Positions 13,015-24,139 of a DNA stretch of 64,000 nt are shown one piece after another (within the stretch, counting starts at the first letter, position 1; each line of letters begins with the position of its first letter). The DNA comes from Alphaproteobacteria bacterium. Lineage in GTDB: Bacteria > Pseudomonadota > Alphaproteobacteria > MPNO01 > UBA830. A program made the position numbers and the translations under genes. The notes beneath the pieces are model-generated. The model made no database searches. It saw only the letters and a list, made by a program, of their open reading frames with translations, and had not been told where the DNA came from. The stretch lies in assembly GCA_964291215.2 (NCBI GenBank), contig OZ219790.1, forward strand, positions 768,001-832,000, in the 5' to 3' direction.

Positions 13015-14520
13015 CCCGCCGCCGCGAGTTCGCGCCGGCGCGCCTCGCTCATTGACCACGGCAGCCAGGGCGAGAGGTCTTCCGGCGGCTCGCCGCCGTT
13101 CTCCGCGCACGCGGTCAGCCATTTACCGAGCCAGCGCCGGATGTCGATACCGTTGATTGCCAGCGTGCCGGCCACCAAGTACATCGTCGCCGTGAACCCG
13201 GCGCCTTTCTCGCTGTCGGAGCCGAACGAGAGCCGTCGCCCGATGACCGCGAAGCTCAGGGAGAGTTCGCCGCGGTTGTTGTCCATGGGCACGAACGGCT
13301 TGTCGACGAAGACGCACAGCTCCTCGCGGTGCTTGAGGAGCGAGCGCAGCGGCCTGGCCCTGCGCGCCCTGTCCGTCAGCCCGGCCAGTTCCGCTTCGGC
13401 GGCCGCGAACAGCTCGTCGACCGCCTTCTTCAGCCTGGCGTGCGCGACATCGAACGCCGGCGTTCGAGAGGGTGAGCGGGGTCGTAATGCTCCAGCCGCG
13501 CCTCGTTGAGCCGGTAGATCTCCGCGATCCGCTCGATCCATCTCTGGCACCAGCGCCTGAGCCGCACCCGCCCGGCCGCGCCGTCGATGAACGAGCGCCT
13601 TTGGTGCGCCCAGCACCATTGCAGGATCGCCTTGCCGGCGAGTTTGCGGGCCAGCTTTCTGTAGGCGCTGAACCGGTCGCAGACCAGAACCACGATGCCC
13701 TGTGTCGAACCGAACAGCTTCATCGCGACCTCGGCGCTGCGCGAGGGATCGATGTGGTAATAGACCGCGTCCGGGCTCACCGAGGTCCACAGCCAGGCGC
13801 GGCTCGACCGGCCTTTCTCGCGCCAGGCCCGAACGCGCCAGGATGTTTCGTCGGCATGGCGCAGGGCCGCGGTGTTCTGGTGCGCAAGGATCGCCTCGGC
13901 CAGCGGCTCGAACAGCGGCACGAAGCGCTTGATGCTGCAGGGTACCCGGCGAGATCGTCAGCCCCATGTCGGCCAGCCAGGCCGCGACCCGATGCAGCGG
14001 CCGGCAACAGACGAACCGTTCGTAGAGCATGCACGTCCAGACGCTGATCCCGCAAGGCGTGGTCTCGAACAGTCGCACCGCCGGCGGCGCGGTCACCTCC
14101 CGCGGCGCGGAGGCGCAGTCGCAAGCCCGGCGCCAGCGCGACCGGACGATGGTGCGCTCGCAGGCCTCGACATTGATCTCGAAGAGGGTGGTGCGCCGCT
14201 CGCCGTTGGCGACATGGGGCTTGCCGCAACGCGGGCAGATCCGCGCATCTTCCGGCGGGTCGCGCGTCTCCTTCTTCTTCCTGAGCCCGGGGCGCCGGGT
14301 GCGGCCGTGCCCGGCGGCGCCGCGCTGCTGGCCGCGCTCGCGCCCGGCTTCTTCTGCCGCTCGCTCCTGCTGCCGTAGAGCGCCTTCGACAGGACGCTGC
14401 GGGTCGAGCGCAGCTTGTCGAGGTCGCCTTCCAGCTTCTCGACCCGCGCGGCGTTCTCGCCCTTCAGATCCCGCACCTCGGCGCGCAGCCCGGCATTCTT
14501 CTCCCGCAGCGACGCGATCA
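13011..14520 (-). pseudogene. IS66-type transposase, frameshifted
   Basis: CPRCG zinc motif, HADETSW, LVCDRFSAY, QWCWAHQRR and PMDNN in alternating frames. Confidence 0.85.
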
Positions 14521-15141
14521 GCTCCGTGGCCCGCACGACCGCAGCCGGTCGTTGCGCGCGCGCAGCCACGCGATCGGGCCCTCCCGGGCCTCCACCAGCC
14601 GCCTGGCCGCCGCGAGATGCCGGTCGAACCGCCCGCGCAGAGATTCGGCCACACGCTCGCCCTCGCGGTGCACCTTCACGAGCCGCGAGCGCTCCCGGTC
14701 GATGTCCTGCTTCAACCAGTTGATCTCGTCCCGGTGGCGCGCCTCGACCCGCTCCCGGTGCTCGTGAGACCGGCGCAACGAGAGGTAAAGACCGGCGATC
14801 TCGTCGTCCTGATACTCGACCCTGCGCTCCAACGCCTTCATGGCCCGCGACGCGGTCCTGGTTACGGCCAACTTGAGCTTGAACCGGCAAGTCTCAAGCT
14901 GCCTCTCCAGCGAACGCACGCGCGTACAGGCGTCCCTCTCCGACCAGCGCAGTTCCTCGCGGCGCAACTCCGCCACGCGTGCGCGACCCCGTTCCTCCTC
15001 GATCCGCGCCTCTGCCTCTTCAAGCACAGACGCCCAGTCGAGCGGCTCGCACGCCGGCATCACCATGGGAGGCGACCACAAGGTGTCGCCCCCCTCGGCC
15101 GGCGTCAGGTCGGTGCAGAAATCCGCGCCGAAAACCGCCAT
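14518..15141 (-). CDS. Coiled-coil accessory ORF of the IS66-like element (may be the transposase N-terminus)
   Basis: 207-aa charged helical ORF inside the terminal repeats. Confidence 0.5.
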   Translation of the reverse strand: MAVFGADFCTDLTPAEGGDTLWSPPMVMPACEPLDWASVLEEAEARIEEERGRARVAELRREELRWSERDACTRVRSLERQLETCRFKLKLAVTRTASRAMKALERRVEYQDDEIAGLYLSLRRSHEHRERVEARHRDEINWLKQDIDRERSRLVKVHREGERVAESLRGRFDRHLAAARRLVEAREGPIAWLRARNDRLRSCGPRS

Positions 15142-15415
15142 GCGAGAGACCCTAGCGCATGCGCGAAGTAGTTACCAGTCAGAAAATCCGTGGCGGCATA
15201 CGATCCCCCGGAACCCGAACGGATACGAACGGATACATGGACCGTTTGTCGGCATGCGCGAGCCGGCAACGCCTCGTTTCGGATCGATCCGGTCTCGGGC
15301 CGCTATCTGGAAACAGGATTGATTTGCCGGAGGCCAGAAAAAACCAGTAAAATTAAGTCTGTATAGAAGGTTCAAAATATCCCGTCTCATTGGGGGCAAG
15401 CACGAGACGGGCGGG

Positions 15416-16291
15416 GTGAACGCGAAGACCGGCGCGGTGTGGAAGAAGGTGAAGTCGTGGTTCGGCTACGGGCTGCACCTGATCGCCGACACGGACCACG
15501 AGGTTCCTGTGGCCTTCGAGGTGACGCGGGCGTCGGCATCGGAACCCGGGGCGCTGTCCGGGATGCTGGAGGAGTTGTTCGCCGAGGCGCCGGAGATGGC
15601 CGGTCGCTGCGCCGATTTCAGCGCCGACCGCGGTCTCGACAACGCCCGCCTGAAGGCGCGGTTGTGGGACAGGTGGCATATCCGCCCGCTGATCGACACG
15701 CGCCTGATGTGGCGGGTCGAGAAGAAGGAGCCGGGCCATGACCCGGCCGATCACGCGACCGCTGTTCCCCGGGCGCGCCGATGTCATCGTTCATGACGAA
15801 CGCGGCCGGGTGTCCTGCGTGTGCCCGCAGACCGGCGAGGTCCGCACCATGGCCTTCCAGGGGGGTTCGAGGCCGGGCGCGGCGTCTGCGGCACGCTCAA
15901 ATACCGCTGCCCCGCAGCCGCCTTCGGCTTCGAGTGCAAGGGACGCCGGGCCTGCCATCGGGCGGGTGGGGTGAAGTCCGGCGAATACGGCCGCATCCTG
16001 CGCGTCGATCTCGACAGCCATGACCGGCGCCTCTTCACGCCCACGCCCTGGGGCAGCCCGTCATGGCGGCGCGGATACAACCGACGCACCGCCATGGAGC
16101 GGATCAACGCCCGCCTCGACCGCAGCTTCAACTTCGAGACCCACTACATCCGCGGTCGCGCCAGGATGAAGACACGCCTCGGCCTGGCCCTGGCGGTCAT
16201 GATGGCCATGGCGCTTGCACAGGCCCGCGCCGGACGCGTCGCACGCATGCGCTCCCGGGGCGGCCCGGCGCCATACCTCGATACCGGCTGA
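15416..16291 (+). pseudogene. 5'-truncated DDE transposase (IS4/IS5/IS1182-like), frameshifted
   Basis: WFGYGLHLIAD, ADRGLD and YNRRTAMERINARL motifs. Confidence 0.75.
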
Positions 16292-16731
16292 CCCCTCAGC
16301 CGGCTGCCGACAACGCTGATCCAACCCGCCGGACCCCGGCATACGGACAAACGCGACCGAAGGCCGGCGATGCTGCCGGGCTGGGCCGCTCAAGCTCGAA
16401 AAGCAACCGCGGCGACCGCCTCGAACGCCGGAACAAACAACATCAACACCCGGACCCAACGTCCCATCCGACCGGAAAAACCCCACAGCGCAAATTTCTC
16501 AACGATTAGCCTCTCTTGGCGGAGATTACCTCTTGCAGTAGAATGCCTCGGCTCAGGGGGCGAGCTGCGGAGGGAGGCTCTGCTATAGGTTCCAATCAAC
16601 GACCGTTGGTATTAGAGGTTCCGCGCCATCTCAGCGGCGGGTGTATCCCTCGATTGCATCGGCTTGGAAGAACAGAGGGACTTCGCCGCCCTCCGGCGGG
16701 CGGTCTCGGGCTACTGAGCGGGTAACCGATT

Positions 16732-17196
16732 GTGGACAAGCGACTGCCTATGAAGAGCAGGAGGACAGCCAATTCCCAACCGACCGCCCGAGATATCCAA
16801 GCGCTGGTCGCATACCTGCCGAAACTCTACCGCCACGGTTTAAAACCAATCACGCAGTGGCTTACCGAAACCGAAGACGGTGCGCTGATGCTGCCTTGGC
16901 CGGTATACGACGAAACGGTAGTGCGCTTTATCGACCTGATCAAGAGCCAGGGCTGCTGGTTGTGCGACTACGATCCAGAAGAGACCCAAAGAATGCTTAT
17001 GGACAAAGCGGGTGTCGGGAACGCAACGATCCCGGAAATCCGGCGGATGCTGACGTTGGTCGTACGCGGCGAGCGTTTCTGTTCCGGCTGGTGGTCATCC
17101 ATGATCGAAGACGACCATGTCCGCAGGCTGCTTCAGCGTCTCGCCGAAATCGAACGCGCAGGGATGATGGAAAACTACGAAGGGCGGTGCCTATAG
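16732..17196 (+). CDS. DUF6508-like protein
   Basis: LTLVVRGERFCSGWWSSMIEDDHVRRLLQRL motif; lower GC than its surroundings. Confidence 0.6.
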   Translation: MDKRLPMKSRRTANSQPTARDIQALVAYLPKLYRHGLKPITQWLTETEDGALMLPWPVYDETVVRFIDLIKSQGCWLCDYDPEETQRMLMDKAGVGNATIPEIRRMLTLVVRGERFCSGWWSSMIEDDHVRRLLQRLAEIERAGMMENYEGRCL

Positions 17197-17454
17197 CTTG
17201 AAATTTCGCTCGCGTATCGGGGTGCAGGCATTGTCCTCGATTCCCTGATACGCGCGGAAGGTGGTGTGGATTGAGGCTGGCGATGGGGATTTTCGTGCCC
17301 AGCGATGGCGTCGTCGGAGCGTCGAGAGGTCGGATGATGTGCGTTCGCCTGTCAGCGCCGGCTGGACGGCGCGTTTGGCGGTTCGGCGGACGAGCGGTCT
17401 GCCCCGGGCCTGCCGGTTTCGAGCGGGGACGGAGCGGGGTGCGCCGGGGCCTGC

Positions 17455-18735
17455 CTATTCGAGCTGGACGGCGGCGTGGCAGAGCCAGTCGAGCCGGAAG
17501 TTGTTGCGCGCGAAGTCGAGCCGCCGGCCGCTGCGCATCAGCCTTCCCACGACCCTCACCGGATAGCGGATCAGGGGCCGCAGGCCATGGCGCCGGGCGC
17601 GGGCCGGCAACAACTGGTATTGGACCGTGCGCAGCAGCATCTGCGCGATCTGGCCGCAGATGTGGAAGGCCTGATTGGCGCGGAACCTCCGGCACGGCGG
17701 GTGATGCAGGTCGAGGTCGATCAGCGGCCCCTTGAAGGCGTTCTCCTGGCCCTGCTTCCCGCGGTGGCGGCGCACCAGCTCGTCGAGCGGAAGGTCGTCG
17801 CGCGAGACCGGGATCACGGTGTAGACGGGAAGCAGCAGGGTCTGGCCCCGCTCGCGGCGGATCACCACGCAGCTCTGTTCCTCCCGGCCCGCCGGGCGGT
17901 AGCGCACCAGCGTCGCGTCCTCGCCGAACCCGATGTCGGTCCATCCGTCTTCGGGCAGGCCTTCGATCACATCCAGCACCGGCGCCCGCTTGCGCGCGTG
18001 GGTCAAGCTGATCGAGTAGTCCCGGCCCCGCTCGCGGCACCAGGCGATGAGTTCGCCCCGGTAGCAGGCGTTGTCCGCGCGCAGCCACACCGGCGTGTCC
18101 TCGGGCAGGCACGGTACCACGTCGCTGTCGAGCTGCCCGCGCCAGCCCCCGGCCACGTCGCCGCCGCCCGGATGCAGCCGCCCGCTCACCCACAGCGAGC
18201 CGATGAACACCCCGTGCAGCCAGTACTGGCGCGTGCCGTCGTAGCCACGCCGCGCTTCCTCGAACAGCTTCCCGTCGACCTCGATCGCGGCGCCGTCGAC
18301 GAACACCGGGACGTAGCCGCGTACCGCCGCTTCGTGTTCCACCACGGCGGCGCCACCCGTGCCGCCAGCCCGCGCGCCACCGCCAGCAGCGTCTCGACCT
18401 GCGCCTCGTCGATGCGCGCGCCAGATACTCGCCAGGACGCCGGCCCGAGGGCACCCGGCCAAGACCCGGCAGCCGTTGCCCGACCCGGTTCTCGCGCAGC
18501 GCGTCCGGATCCGGCAACGCCCCGTTGCCAGCCGCCAGCGAGGCGATCAGGCTCCACAGCGTCTCCGCATCGCTCGCGCCCCGCGCCCGCTGCTTGACGG
18601 AAACCGCCGACAGCGCCCGCGGCAGGTCCGGACGCGCCGCCATCCGGCCCGGCGCCGACCAGCCCCCGAAGCCGGTCAGCCGCGCGTCGGTGAAGTCCAT
18701 CCCGACTCGGGGCGGCCGGGGAATTACCGTGTCCA
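17455..18735 (-). pseudogene. IS1380-family transposase, frameshifted
   Basis: LTGFGG N-terminus, FVDG, LRADNACY, GQENAFK and FRANQA motifs. Confidence 0.8.
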
Positions 18736-19132
18736 TCGCGCACCTGCGAGGTGATCTCATCTACAAAGGCAATATTGCCGATTTCGCCCGCAGCGTGCGC
18801 TCTTTTTTGGAGCCGGTGCCAGCCTTGTCGCGCGGGTTGTAAACACGGTCGGCGAGCGCCTTGACATCCGCCGCCTTCGAGCCATTTCCTCCTCAGTCCC
18901 GGCGCCCCTTGCCGGACCCGGAATATGGCCTTTGAAGCCGCTGGCGACAAGATTCGATCCCTGCCAGGCCGAAGCTGATCGCGACGCTGCGCGCAGCGAA
19001 GGCGACGATCATGCGGCCCGGACCCATGACCCGACATGCGCAGCAGCTCCATCGCTTCCTCGCGGGATATCTCCCCTCCCGCGAAGGCTTCGACGATCTG
19101 CGCTGTCCCTGTCATGTGCAGTTCTCCATGTG

Positions 19133-19175
19133 TGGAGGGCCCGCCGGGACTCGAACCCGGAACCTGCGGGTTTTC
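19133..19175 (-). other. 3' half of a tRNA (att-site-like remnant)
   Basis: Minus strand GAAAACCCGC-AGGTT-CCGGG-TTCGAGT-CCCGG-CGGGCCC-T-CCA gives a T-arm, acceptor 3' strand and CCA; there is no D-arm. Confidence 0.65.
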
Positions 19176-19305
19176 TTCCGGGCGCCCTGCTCGATGGCCC
19201 GAATGAGCGGCGTGCGCCGTTCGGCATCCGTCTCGTTCACATCGTTTCCGCGGCAATCCAGGCGCAGATAACGTCGGGCGTGGCGGTCGCGAAATCGGGT
19301 TGCAT
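19176..19305 (-). pseudogene. Truncated second ankyrin-repeat gene
   Basis: MQPDFATATPDVICAWIAA and DVNETDAERRTPLIRAIEQG, ending at the tRNA fragment. Confidence 0.5.
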
Positions 19306-20567
19306 GCCCTGGACACCTTCTGTGCCGCCGGTTCGGGCAGACCGCGACCGGCGGTTTCGGCCAGCAGCGCCGCGGCCTCCTTGTGGCCGTCCGCCCGGGC
19401 CAGGTCGCCCGGCGTGTTCCCGAACCCGTTCCGGGCTTCGGGGTCGGCGCCGGCGTCGAGCAGGACGCGGACATGGCCTGCCGTGCCCTCCGCGGCCGCG
19501 ATGTGAAGCGCGGTTGTCTGCTGGCCGTCGGCGGCATTGGGGTCCGTCCCGGCGGCGATGAGCGCCACCGCGACGTCGGGGTTGCCGTTGCCGGCGGCGC
19601 AATGCAGAGGGGTCGTGCCGTACCGGTCGGCCCCGTTGCATGGGGCGCCGGCCTCCAGGAGAAACGCCACGATATCTGTCCGGTCGTGGGCGGCCGCTTC
19701 ATGCAGCGGCGTCCGGCCGGTCCTGTCGCCGGCCGCCGGGGCGGCCCCGGCCTCAAGGAGACTTCTCACGCATTCGAGGTCCGCTCTCCAGCCGGATGCC
19801 ATATGCAGGGCCCCGCGGCCCGTCCCGGCGACGGCGGCCGCGTCGGCCCCGGCATCGAGCAGGAGCCGGATGGCGGCAGGACTGGAGGCGGTGCTGGCGA
19901 AGAGCAGCGGCGTCATGCGGCCGAGGTTGCGCGCGTGGATATCGGCCCCGGCCTCCAGCAGCACCTCCATCGCAGGGACATTCCCGCCGGCGGCCGCCAG
20001 ATGCAGGGGCGTGGCCCCCGTGATGTTCCGGGCCCGCACAGAGCCGCCACGGGCCAGCCAGTCGCGCAAGGCGTCACGCGAGGCCGTGCCGAACGCCAGC
20101 CAGCCGGGTTCGCCGTCGCCGCGGGCCTTCTGGGCATGAGCGCAGGCAAGGGTTGCAACGCGGTCCGCCAGACTGGATACCTCTTCGAAGGCCCGCTCGG
20201 GCGTATCGTCCCACTCAATAAGGGCGTTCAGCCAGCCTTCCGGGCCGCCGGCATGGTCCAGGCCGACCTCGGTGCAATAGATCTCGCAGAGCCTGTCGGC
20301 GAACACCCCGCTGTCCCATGGGTCGATGCCGAGCGTCTTCGTGCATTGCCTCCGGAGGGCCCCCGCCAGGGTCCAGGATACGGGCTCGCCCGCTTCCGGG
20401 CCGGGCGGGTCGTCGATCGAGAAGATATCGAGCGCTTCTCCCCTGGCGTTGCGTGCCCAGGCGCGCCGGGTCCAGCAGTCCGGTCCCGCGAACATGGCCG
20501 CGACGGCTGCCGCGATCTCCGCTTGGACATCCGGTCGGTGGAGCAGTTCCGCGGGGGTCGGGGGCAT
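19306..20567 (-). CDS. Ankyrin-repeat protein with an uncharacterised N-terminal domain; 3' end uncertain
   Basis: About six GxTPLHxAA..LLEAGAD repeats. Confidence 0.85.
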
Positions 20568-20623
20568 GGAAGATGTCCTCGTGCTCAAGCAATCGGGTCC
20601 GCTTCCCCGAGCATAGTTGGCAT

Positions 20624-21220
20624 TCATGAAAACTCGATGCGCTGCCAGTCTGCGTCCGCCTCGGCAACGCGCGCCTCGACGTCCTCCGGCGTCTCGAGCA
20701 GATATCGTCGTTCGCCGTCCCGGTCGGCCCCGCGAACATCGGCGCCATCGAAGTTGGAGCCTGAGTAGAAGCCTCCCCTTACGATGGCCCGACGCAGGTC
20801 CGCCTTGCTGAAACCGGCCTCGATCAGGTCCGCATGACTCAGGTCCGCGTCCTGCATGTCGGCCCCGGCGAAGGAGCACCCGTAGGCGCGCTCCTCGTCC
20901 TTCGGGTTCTCGGCGTTGCTGGCTTCGGCCAGGTGCACGCCGGACATGCGGGCTCCCGAAAAATCCGCGTTCCAGAGGAGTGTCGAGTCCATGACGGCCT
21001 TTTCGAGATTGGCCTGCATGAACATGGCTTCGCGGAGGTCGCTGCCGGATAGCGCGGCGCCGCCCAGGTAGGCTTCCCGGCAGTCCGCGCCGGTCCAGTA
21101 CGATCGCTCGGCCTTCCAGGAAGACAGCTCGGCGCCAGCCAGGTTCGCCTTTTCCAGCAGAACCCGGGTCGCGACCGTCGCGGCCATCCGGGCCCCGCGC
21201 AGGTCCGCGAAACGCATCAT
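20624..21220 (-). CDS. Pentapeptide-repeat protein, probably 5'-truncated by the adjacent IS
   Basis: A(D/N)LxxA repeats; IS terminal repeat begins at 21221. Confidence 0.85.
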   Translation of the reverse strand: MMRFADLRGARMAATVATRVLLEKANLAGAELSSWKAERSYWTGADCREAYLGGAALSGSDLREAMFMQANLEKAVMDSTLLWNADFSGARMSGVHLAEASNAENPKDEERAYGCSFAGADMQDADLSHADLIEAGFSKADLRRAIVRGGFYSGSNFDGADVRGADRDGERRYLLETPEDVEARVAEADADWQRIEFS

Positions 21221-22908
21221 CCTAAATCCGGCAGTTGAGTATGGCGGGGCCTTGCCGAATCCCTTGTAGTCTTCGGGTATGAGCGGCTTTTCAGGGTCCG
21301 AAGAGGCTCACCCTGTGGGTGACTGTCCTGGCGCTGTGCGGGATGTCGCCCGAGCGTCGGTGAAGGTGGACACCTTCGGCGGCGCGGTTCATGTGGAATG
21401 GGACCCTGATGCGGCGGTGACGCCGCTGGGCCATCTGGCGTTTTTCGCGGAGTATCTGAAGGTGAGCGGTCGCTTTGACGCTTTGGTTGCGGACTGCCCG
21501 CTGCGGTACACGAGCCCGAACGCGCCGTCGAAGCGGGATGTCCTGGGGACGGTTCTTCTGTCGGTTCTGGCGGGGCAATCGCGGTATGCGCACATCACGT
21601 CGCTGCGCGGCGACGGAGTGAACCCTGCGCTGCTGGGTATGGACAAGGTTGCGAGCGAGGATTCGGTGCGGCGCGGTCTGGAGCGGATCGGTGCGGAGGC
21701 CGGCACATCGTGGCTTCAGGGCCATCTGGACGAGGTGGTCCGTCCGCTGCTGAGGGAGCCGTGGGTTCTGGACTGCGACACGACGATCAAGCCGCTTTAC
21801 GGTCGTCAGGAGGGAGCGGTTGTGAGCTACAACCCGAAGAAGCCGGGCCGCCCCTCGCATGCCTGCCATGCGTTCCTGATGGCGGGCACGCGGCTTGTTC
21901 TGGATGTCGAGGTGGCGCCGGGCAACCATCACCATTCGAGGCGCGCGGCGCCGTCCTTGTGGGCGTTGCTCGACCGTCTTGGGCGGGATCGCTGGCCGCG
22001 TCTGGTGCGGGGCGACAAGGACTGGGGCAGCGAGGCCAACATGGCGTCGTGCGAGGCTGCGGGTCTGGACTATCTGTTCAAGCTGCGCCTGACGAAGGGG
22101 GCGCGCCGGCTTGCCGAGCGTCTGATGGCGCGGGACGGCTGGGAGGATGCGGGCCAGGGCTGGTCGGGGATCAGGGCCGATCTGCGTCTGCAGGGCTGGA
22201 GCCGGACGCGCCGGGTTGTGGTGCTGCGCCGGCGGCTTCCTGCGACGCTGGCGCTGACGCGTGGCGACAAGGCCCAGGGCGAGCTGTTCTGGACCGAGGC
22301 GCAGCCCGGCACCGGGGTGTGGGAGTTCGCGGTGCTGGCGACCTCGCTGGACCTGGAGATACGCTCGCTGGCCCAGCTCTACCGCGACCGGGCGGACGCG
22401 GAGAACGGCTTCGACGAGTTGAAGAACCAGTGGGGCGGCTTCACCACGCGCGACCTGACGCGCTGCCGGCACATGGCCCGGCTGGTCGCGCTCATCTACA
22501 ACTGGTGGAGCCTGTTCGTGCGCCTCGCCGACCCCGACCATCACCGCGAGGCGATCACCAGCCGGCCGCTGCTCCTGCACGGGGTTGCCCGCCAGACCCA
22601 CCACGCCGGCCAGACCCGGCTGACGGTGACCTCCCATCACGGGCGTCGCAAGACGGTGATGGCGGCGCTGCGCCGGATCGCCGGCTTCTTCCGGTCGCTG
22701 ACGCAAACTGCGGAGCAGTTGAGCGCCGGGGACCGCTGGCGCCGCATCCTCGCCGAGGCGCTCAGGAAATACCTCCATGGCCGCGAACCGGGGCGTCAAC
22801 CCTGGCTGCCGCCACCCAGGGCCGCGCCGACAGGCTGAAATCCACGCCCAACCGACCGTTCACACTACCCCGAGACACCGATCAAGCCCGTCAAATGCCG
22901 GATTTAGG
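21221..22908 (+). mobile_element. IS1380-family element (transposase 21279-22838)
   Basis: Terminal repeats CCTAAATCCGGCAGTTGA and TCAAATGCCGGATTTAGG; LDCDTT, VRGD and RADAENGFDELK motifs. Confidence 0.85.
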
Positions 22909-22909
22909 G

Positions 22910-24081
22910 TAATACCAACGGCGCTGGTTCAGAACCCATGGGCCCATTTTCGGGTTCCGATGGAGGCGATGCGTTCTGGTTGTGAGACGAGATTGTTCCA
23001 GGCTTGGCAGCAGTGATCGAGTATGTCGTCGTAGTTCTGGAAGACGCGGTTCGAGAGCCAGTTGTCGCGCATGAACTGCCAGACATTCTCGACAGGATTG
23101 AGCTCGGGGGACCGGGGCGGGAGCGGCATGAGGGTTATGTTGTCGGGCACTTGGAGGGTCGAGGAGGTGTGCCATCCGGCCCGGTCGAGCATGACGAGGG
23201 CATGGGCTCCGGGTTCGACGGTGAGGGCGATCTCGGCGAGGTGGGCGTTGAGTGCCTCCGTGTTGGCGTGGGGCATGACGAGGCCGGCGGCCTTGCCCTT
23301 ATGCGGGCATATGGCGCCGAAGATGTAGGCCGATATCGTTCTCTGGTCCTTGGGCGCTGACGGTCGGGTGCCGCGTTTCGCCCATCGCCGGGTGATCTTG
23401 TTCTTCTGCCCGACGCGCGCCTCGTCCTGCCACCAGACTTCGACCTCGACGCCGTCACCGAGTGCAGCGCGGATTTCCCTCAGGCGGTCGGGGAAGTTTT
23501 TTTGAACGCCGCCAGCGCAGCTTCGTCCTGGGCATAGTGGCGCGGGCGCGCAGAGAGCTTGGCGTAGCCCATGCGACGCAACTCCTGTCCGACCGTCGTC
23601 ACCCCCAGCGACACGCCGAACTGCTTGCTGAGCCATGCCGCCAAGTCGCAGCGCCGCCACCGCACCACGCCGTGGATCGCCGGGTCCGGACCACTCTCCA
23701 CTACCGCCGCCAGTGCCGCGCGCTGTTCCTCGCTCAGTTTGTAAGCCGGACCCGGAGCCTTGCGGTTCACCAGGCCCGCCGGACCCTCCGCGTTGAAGCG
23801 CAGCACCCAGTCCCGAATGATCTGCAGTCCCACACCCGCTAACCGCGCCGCGTCCGAACGACGATGACCGTCGTAGATCAGCGCCAGCGCCAGAAGACGA
23901 CGGCTCTGTCCCCCGTCCCGGCTCCGCTTCGCAAGACCACGCAAGCCAGTCGCATCGAAATCCCCCCGCAACGGGATCGCCGCTCCCATCACAAACCTCC
24001 AATTCAACCCGCCCACCTTGAATCAGAAACCGAACCGCAAGGGAATCCTCTTCATGAGTCAAAAACCAGCACCGCTGGTAT
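22910..24081 (-). mobile_element. IS630-family element; two ORFs joined by a probable -1 frameshift
   Basis: HTH ORF 23480-23989; DDE ORF with WWQDEAR, LDRAGWH and PELNPVE; A7 slippery run near 23497-23503; terminal repeats ATACCA(A/G)CGG(C/T)GCTGGTT. Confidence 0.9.
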
Positions 24082-24139
24082 CAAATGCCGGATTTAGGCT
24101 AAAAGTGCGCCAAGCTCCGGCGCGGCCGGTACCGATGGA

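Larger units (their letters stand above)
12054..15236 (-). mobile_element. IS66-related element carrying a DUF4338 passenger gene
   Basis: 24-bp terminal inverted repeat GTATCCGTTCGGGTTCCGGGGGAT; 8-bp target duplication ATGGACCG at 12046-12053 and 15237-15244; extra GAACGGATAC duplicated at the right end. Confidence 0.9.

Noticed and set aside
19133-19200. Complete tRNA gene
   Set aside because: No D-arm or full 5' acceptor strand; the upstream bases encode ankyrin residues
18186-20879. 897-aa ORF as a single protein
   Set aside because: Read-through joins the ankyrin gene, the tRNA fragment and IS1380 sequence; only about 19306-20567 looks genuine
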